This document shows, one piece after another, positions 56,320 to 64,000 of a stretch of 64,000 nt of DNA. Made by a program: the position numbers and the translations under genes. Below the pieces are notes generated by a model. It was not told the origin of the DNA. It saw only the letters and a program-made list of their open reading frames with translations, and ran no database searches. Positions within the stretch are counted from its first letter, which is position 1, and each line of letters starts with the position of its first letter. Origin of the DNA: Lama guanicoe (taxonomy: Eukaryota); the NCBI GenBank assembly GCA_013239625.1, contig MU054187.1, positions 12,866,974 through 12,930,973 on the forward strand. The letters run 5' to 3'.

Positions 56320-58849
56320 TTAGTTCACAGGGAAGTCTGAAGAGTCAAGCACATTCCATTCTGCTCCAATTCTACTTTATTTTTTACTTGCATTGGTAAA
56401 TAATTCAAGAGATATATGACTTGAGACTTAGTGTGTGATTAGAAATAATTAAAATGTATTGTAAGGTGGGAGTCACCAGGTTGTACTAAGATGCATAGAT
56501 TTTCTTGGTGGTTTTCTGCGATGAGACAAGGCTCCCCCATTCGCACGTCGACACTGCTTCTCTCTCATCCTACAGATAGTACCCGGCCATACCAAGAGGT
56601 TCACACGATTGCCTTACCAGCTGCTCCCCCACCTACAAAAAGGCTTCTGGTTCATGGAAAGAAATAGAGAAAAACCTCTGAGCCAGGGAAAACTGAATCT
56701 GACAGATTTCTTTTTTAATTTAAAATTTTCCATTTTCTCCCTTATTTTATGTGGGAATTAGGGAGTGACAAGATGAGGAGAGCTGATGTATGTATGAGCA
56801 ACTCTGTACTCTGTACAGCGTTCATCACAGGCTCTTCCTGTGTCTCAGACTCTGAACCAAACATCCTAAACCAGGCAGCACCTCAAAATTACTCATCTGG
56901 GAAACTCAGAGAAACCACAGAAATAATTGTATAGAAACCACAAAATAAAAAAACAACCCACAACCAGCTCAGAGGAAGAGCTGGGCAGTGGTTGTAGAGT
57001 TGGAGAAACTCTTATCCTGTTTCCAGAATAAACAAAAAATCATCTACTCTTACCCCTTAGGTATGTTTTTTTTTCCTTAGTTCATCCAGTTCACCATCAG
57101 ACAATCTCCACCTCCCCAACCTCCAGATGTGCTGCCTCTGCCCCCAGACCTCTTTGCTAGATCACTGAACGAGATGTGGGTTGGAATCTCTCAGTCTAAC
57201 ATCAAGAGTGATGATTCTCACGGGGACACTGATGTTACATAGCACCAAACAGAAAGCTATGGGCAACAGCTGAAGACCTGGCAGCCTTTATTAACACACT
57301 GTCAGCCTTGACGCTACCAACAAGGTCTTCCATGTGTCACACGATAGGTCATAGTTTTACCTCCAAGTTTAAGTGCTTCTCCAAAGCCTTGTGAGTCAGG
57401 GTAGATAAGAATGGAGTCTGACAGAGTAAAGTCCGTTTGGAAATCACATGAAGTCCTATACATCCTGTTTAACCTTGAAACCTAATGGATTCTACCATTT
57501 TCAGACAAGACTCCTGCATGCCCTCTGGCACAGCAAATAAGACAGCAAACTTCTTCAGAGAAGCTGGATATATGATCCTCATACCCAGAAACCACCACGA
57601 TGATTTACAAGCCTACTGGTTAATTACAGCCAGAAATTGCAAAACAACTCCACTCGACGGTCAGTTTATGTAGTTATTCAGGATTCACTGTTGTGCTAAC
57701 TCATCTCATAGAACCATTAGAATGCAGTGCTGGCTGGTCAAAGTTAAACGTTCTCTAAGCCTACATTAGATTCTTTTCCTGTAGAGGTAGATAATGGCAT
57801 CTTCTCAAGATGTTCCAAACCAAGCCTCTCCCTTCTGTGTTCTATGAAGAACTCAGAGCTCCAAGTAAATATATTTTTTAAGGAGTTCATTAGATTTCAA
57901 GTTGTGTTTTGAAGAAAAAGTCTCGGCCTCTTTTTTCTTTAAATATTCTGCAGTCTACATCTCCATGTGGAACCACCTGACCTAGAACACACACCAATCT
58001 TCTTAATCGTTTCAAAATGGAGCATATGCTTTGCAATTGGCACAGTGGGCATCTAATTTGACCTGTACTTCAGGTGCTTTTCTGAAAGGTCTGTCTTGAA
58101 CTGTGAGCTCTTCAGCTTTTGAAAGTTCGTATTTGAGAAACAGCTAAAGACATCAAGCAATGTGTCTTATCACATTATGTTTTACACCTTGACTTTCATA
58201 CAGTTTAGAGATAATTTTGTCCTCAAAGTAGTTTGTCTTACCTAGGTTTTCTTAGCCTAGATGTCCTCCTATTGATTGCTTATTCCCTTATTTCTTGGTG
58301 TTCACTTCTTTTTCCCTTTTAAAAAAACTCAATTAAATCTCTAAAAATATATACCATCTCAATTTTGTTTGGAAATAGAAAAGCTGTAATTAAATCAATT
58401 ACTCGCTTCTGCAAATCTCCCCCCAAAGAAAACAAATTCAATGATCAAAGTATATAAGGTTTTTATATCATGTTACCTAGTTTTCCAGGTGAAGAAAAAA
58501 GCCCTAAAAGATGGACAATCTGACACTTTTAAATATTAAAACACACACACACACATGCACACTTTACAGGCCTCAACTTATCAGAAGGAAGATGAAATTT
58601 AAATAATGCAAGCTAGTTAAAAAAAAAACAACTCTTTCTCTTTGTTCTATGGGGTGGAATTAAATGCTTCTTTTCTCCTAACCAGCTTTTCTGATTCCTA
58701 CTTCTCCTTCCTCCTACTCGTGCAAAACAACCCAACAAATAATTTAATCTTCTAATCCACCAACATCTCAAGTTTCATTAAAATCCTCTCCAAATTGTTC
58801 AACTTTACCCCCACTGAGATAATGGGTGTGAAAGTACTCAGAAGAACAT

Positions 58850-60020
58850 TTGTTTCATTTAACAAACACTGACCAAATTGTTCACACTATTCTAGGCACT
58901 GTCCTAGGAGCTTGAAGTCTAATGATGTACCAAACCGATATGATCCCTGCCCTCTTGGGGCTTAAAATTCAGAGGAAGGCATTAATTCATGAACAGAAAC
59001 GAGAAATTACAAAACAACATGGAAAGGGTTACAAAATGGGAAAGGTAGAACGCTAGGAGACCTCAGAGGAAGTCCATGTAACTCAGATTTGCAAGGTCAT
59101 GGAGGCTTCCTCATGAGAGAAGCCAAACTCACCAATAAAAAGAGTATATAAACATACTCCAAGTAGTCACATGAGCATGTGTGAAGGTGCGGAAAAAGAG
59201 AGCATTTTGAAAAACTGAAAAATAATCCATCTGACCCGAATCTATAGAGGTAGAGTGCAGAGATGAAGCTGGAGTGTCAGGAAAGAATTCAACAAAGGAG
59301 TGATATAACCACACTTACACTCTCGATAGATGACTTGGCTCCTGTGTGGTGAGGGTACTGGAGACAAGTGAAGGCTGAGAAAAGGAGACCAGTTGGGAGG
59401 ATAACTCAGTCATCCAGGTGAGGGATGTTGGTGGCCCGATGCAGGTATCAGGGATAAGGGAGAGTTACAGAGTTGAAGAATCATTTGGAGGTGAAATCAA
59501 TAAACTAATGGGATAAGGAAGAAGGATGATGCTCATGCTAGTGGCTGGGCAACTGGGCAGACTGTAGTACAAGTATGGGGCTTGGGAAGGAGGAGGGACT
59601 ACATGTAGGGAGGGAAGAATGTAGGTGAGAATTTAGGTCCAGCTTTGGATATACTGAAATCGAAGAGTCTGTGGCATTCGAGTAATGATGTCCCCCTAGG
59701 CTGTTAGACTGCTCTAAAGTTCAGGAGACAAATGCAGACTGGGTTTAGATTTGGAATTTGACACCACGTATAATGTACTGAAAGAAATGGGTGCAATTAA
59801 AAACATGCAGAGTAAAAGGGATGGGCAGAGAAGGACAGGTGGGGTATGAAGGAAGACCAAGGTCGGTGTGTTATAGAAGAAAGAATATGACAGGAAGGAG
59901 AGGGGGATCAGTAACTTCAGATCAGCCGAGAGATAAGGTAAAATAAAGACTGAATCCAAGAGTATTTTAGATTTAGAGTCAAAGAGGTCTTTGGCACACA
60001 TGGCGAAAGTATAGGTTTGA
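58850..60020 (-). mobile_element. L2 fragment
   Basis: Antisense L2 motifs: ctattctaggcactgtcctagg, gatccctgccctcttggggctt, ggagaccagttgggagg...catccaggtgaggg, aagttcaggaga. Confidence 0.65.
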
Positions 60021-60129
60021 GAAGTATTTAGGTAGATTGGTGGGAAAATAATGAGACAGCAGAAGGCAGAAGAGTAAGCAGGGGGTAAAACGCCTAAAAT
60101 GTACTGATGACCCTAAAATGGCCAAATCC

Positions 60130-61670
60130 AAATCATTATTTTTCAGTCTGCAATCTTACCTGACCTCTCTGTGACCATCCTGACACTCGCTCCTTCAAAC
60201 CACTTGTCCATGAGAATAACCCGACTTCCCTTCCTTCTGCCTCTCACCCTACCACTCACCCTGTTCCTTCTCACTCTCTTTGGGTACTTTTCCCTCTGCC
60301 CAAAGCTTCCATGTTGGTGTCCTCTCTATTAGTGATACTAAAAGTGCTGATCTGGGACAAAATAAGGAGTTGGCATCAAGCTGTTAATCAATGCAATGTG
60401 ATGCTTCCTTCATCAAAAAGTCTTGCTAAGATTGGAAACAAACAAAAAAGCTCGAGCAAATGGTGTGCTTAGTGATAGTTACGTGAGGAAGCAATTCCTT
60501 CTGTTCTCATGGACTAGTAATAAACAACTGGTGGACAGGCAGCCCGTGGGTGGCCTCTATTTTGAGAAATACAGTGACCTAGGGTTCCCTCAATGGTCCT
60601 CTATCTCACTATAGGCTCTAAGTGGTTGGTAGAGTCTGTAAGAAGATTTCAGTAACTTCCAATTTGATGATTCTAAAGCTTTACCTTCTCATCTCTTGAT
60701 CTGACTATCCCACTGTTTGCCAGACCTCCTGAATAATCCATGAACACCACAACTCATGTCGCCCAAACTGAATCCTCCTCCTCTGTAAGTCTGATTAATG
60801 GTACTAACATCCACCCAATTTCCAAGCCAGAAATTCCTTATTGGCTCCATCAAATCAAAACCAAGTTCTGCAGCTTTTCCCTCCTAAATACTTTTGCTCC
60901 AAGTTTAGGTTTTCATCATCCTTTGTCTTGATTCTTGCCACAGGCTGCTTCCTAGCTTGCTACCTGTAGCCTTTCAGCTACTGTCTGCACCACCATGACA
61001 GTGAGCTTGAAAACCCATCAATGCTCCAAACTCCAGTGTGGAACAGGAAGGAGAGTCTAGATTTTAGGACTCTGAGCTGTGGACTCAGTGGCCACATTTC
61101 ACATCATGACCCCACTACTTACTAGTTGTATGACTTTGTTCAAGTTATTTTCCTTTTCTATGACTCCGTGTCACTATCTGTAAAATGGGAATAAATGAAA
61201 TGAAATAACAGTACCTTGAAAAGTTACTTAGAACCAAGCATGGCACTGGTAGAAGAAAAGTCCCACTGAGTCACTCTCTGACACCTGGTCTCTAACTGCT
61301 CTCCCCTCTTCAGTCTGCACTTCAGACACCCCTAATTATCTCAGCTCTCTGAAAGTGCCACGCTGTTCCCTGACTTTGCACATGCCCTTTGCTTAGAATG
61401 GCTTTTCTCCATACTTACCTGTCTTCCCCTGAACTGTGAAATTCCTATTACTCCCTAAAATCAAGCTCTAGCATCTCCTCTGTGAATTCTCCATCTGAAT
61501 CATGGTTCCTATTTTGTATTTACACTTATCTCTCTGACAGGGTTATATAATTTTTGCAACTGTTTATGTTCACAGTGGATAACAAGTTGTTTGAATTATT
61601 TTAAGCAAATGTCCATCGCTCTTGTTCCCAGAGGACAGCCCTGGTTGTGTTCATTTTGCATTCTGAGAGC
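60130..61670 (+). mobile_element. Fragmented L2 (with embedded MIR near 61100-61200)
   Basis: cttacctgacctctctg, cccaaactgaatc, aatggtactaacatccaccca, ctttgcacatgccctttgcttagaatg. Confidence 0.55.
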
Positions 61671-63156
61671 ACAGTAAGGGTCCAGAGAGCAAAGTGGACA
61701 TTAAAGAAAAATCAAAGATCAAAAGAATGAGTGTTTCTCAAGTTTAGCTTTTACTCTATTGAATCTATAAAGATTATCTGATTATTTCTATTAGCAAGTC
61801 AAAATATTTACAAATGGGAAATCATTGTAATTCTTTTTAAAGCTTATTTAAAAGTTAATGCCTACGTATCCAATCATAAAATATTAAAATCTACATAAGA
61901 TCATTGAAATTCTGCATTTGTAAATACTACTAAAAAGTTCCATAAATCCTTCAATATTAAAAAGGAAAACAGAGCTGTGACTCAGAAGATTCTCTCTAGT
62001 TCCCCTGAGCTCATAACTCCTACTTGAGCCTTGGGGAAGTTACCTCCACAGTTTTTAGTCCTCAGTCTCCTGGTTTGTCAAATTGAGGACACGGCCTAGA
62101 TGACTTGGCTTTAAAGTTCTATTATCTATAGGTGGACAATATCTACCAAATCTCTCTAGCTGATACCTCCATCTCTCCCTCTTTATTATCTTCAAACTAA
62201 AATGCCTTGGCCAACTCCAACCCTCAGACACCAGCGGGGTTTACTGCCCAGAGCATCTAGTCCAAATTCCTTATCTGGCTTTACTTCTCATGCCTCCCTC
62301 AATGTGTTACCTGGTTTCTTAGATACATTACCAAATAGTATCCAAAAGGATTGTTATCAATTTCAACTGTATTCGTTTTGCCACAGCCTTACACGCACTG
62401 GTTGTTGCTGTTTTAAATAAGTCGTTACTACCTCATTAAGCATAGAACAGAAGTGCATGGTTTTAATTGGGAGATATTGGAGATGCTTGTATGCATGTGC
62501 CTGAAAATTGTATTTCCCTCTATGAAATGTCCAAATCCTTTGCCAAATTTTTATATTCCTTTACTGATATATATATATATATAAAAGTTTTAATGCTTCT
62601 TTCATATTTGCAGATACTTACCCAAGCCTGAGCTCCTCAGATTACGCTTATATTTCCTCCGATTGTGTCTTCCTTTACAGAAATCTTTGACTTTGACGTA
62701 ATCCTGCTGCACTGCCGGAGGGCCCCTTGCAGATTTAGGGGTCAGTGTTCACATTTATTCTAAGGTTGCAGGGAGTTTCTGATCTAACTTTACACTCCTT
62801 GGGACCACATGTGCCAGGGGTACCTGGAAGGGAGGCAGAGCTCAGGGTTCCTGCAGGACCCCTTCTCTGTGCTTCGGGACGATGGAGACCCTCCTTACTC
62901 AGTTCTCAGTCTAATCGAGGTGAAAGATTACTGTCCCGAAACGGAATTAAGTAAGCCCACTCCCTGCAGAGAGGAGACTCTTGCTACATGTGTAACGACA
63001 TGGAGTCGAGGCCAGGGGAGCCCCTGTCTCTGGCTAGACTCTGAACCTATGCTAAAACAACACAGATTACAAAATGAAGTGCAGAGCTTTTGGGGAAAAT
63101 CTGTATCAAGATTATCTGAATTTAGTGAACATGTAACATGGTAATCAGCAATTACA

Positions 63157-63240
63157 CAGTTGACCCTTGAGCAACTTGGGTGTTAATCTGCTCATAATTT
63201 ACAGTCAGCCCTCTGTATCCACAGTTCCTCCACATCCACA
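63157..63240 (+). mobile_element. TcMar-Tigger (Tigger2/MER2-like) end fragment
   Basis: CAGTTGACCCTTGAGCAAC TIR-like start followed by cagtcagccctctgtatccacag. Confidence 0.6.
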
Positions 63241-64000
63241 CCTCTCTAATTGACAGGACAGAACATGAAAAGATGAGCAGTTCAAATTTCATCATAGTGC
63301 ACAGCATAACCAACGAAGCCAGACAGTATGATCTGAACAGCTGTGCTAACTTATCATTTAAATAATTATCTGCACATTATCTGGACTTTAGCTTCTTTAA
63401 CAGTAAAATGAGGACACTACCATTGTGAAGATTATATAAGATAATTCACGCTGAAGTGTTTCATATAACATGTTAGTGTTGTCATGTGAAGTGAGTTGTT
63501 CAAGTCATCTCTCTGGGCTCAGGTCTCTCACTGGTAAAGATGATCATAAAGTGATCTTCCAGCTTAAAAATGCTTTCATCCTTCAGTGAAATTTAAATAC
63601 AGTTGAAGTTTGTTCTGATGGAGATGATACCATCACTGAGTCCCTGTGAAAGGGTCTTCATCTCTAGCCTTGAATGAATATCCTATCGCTATCCTCTCCG
63701 TCCCTCACTCATTCACATCTTTTGATGCTGAGGATAAATTCTACCTCCTTCATTAGTTTCTTTCTCCAAACATTTTGTAAAAGAAATCTCTAGTCCCTGC
63801 ATTCTTCTAGAACATTCTGCTGCTTCTCTTAGCATGCCATTCTTAAAATCCAACCTTTATTAGGCTTGGCTGTTCACAGAGAATGTTCCTTAGGGACAGA
63901 GAATAACCCTCTTGCACTCAGTATCCCTATCAAACCTAAGAGTGCCTTGTAATTAAGAGACGCTCAATGATTAGCTAAGGGAATGTTTAAGAGCATGACC

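Noticed and set aside
58850..61670. Back-to-back inverted L2 fragments as a dsRNA or editing substrate
   Set aside because: The copies look too diverged by eye to form long duplexes.

Overview
Mammalian genomic DNA covering the 3' coding half of EYA1 (Eyes absent homolog 1, a HAD-family tyrosine phosphatase and SIX co-activator) on the minus strand. A tRNA-derived vic-1-like SINE suggests a camelid. Eight coding exons can be read with exact splice sites: 56113-56252, 54698-54781, 34376-34465, 11250-11308, 10978-11138, 9928-10042, 9699-9820 and 5713-5813 (human exons 10-17, numbering from recall). They splice into one open frame, EYSTIHSPS...[12 protein letters not shown], with all four HAD motifs intact. 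The upstream exons and the last exon lie outside the window. The rest is intron containing L1, L2, MIR, hAT/Tigger and LTR remnants plus microsatellites; nearly all other listed ORFs are spurious. Points worth following up: a GC-AG intron, a 31-bp exact direct repeat bracketing the in-frame 90-nt exon, an L1 insertion polyadenylated inside ORF2, a candidate L1 3' transduction, and an intronic CpG island next to a SIX/CRE/TCF motif cluster. I found no convincing wholly new biological system.
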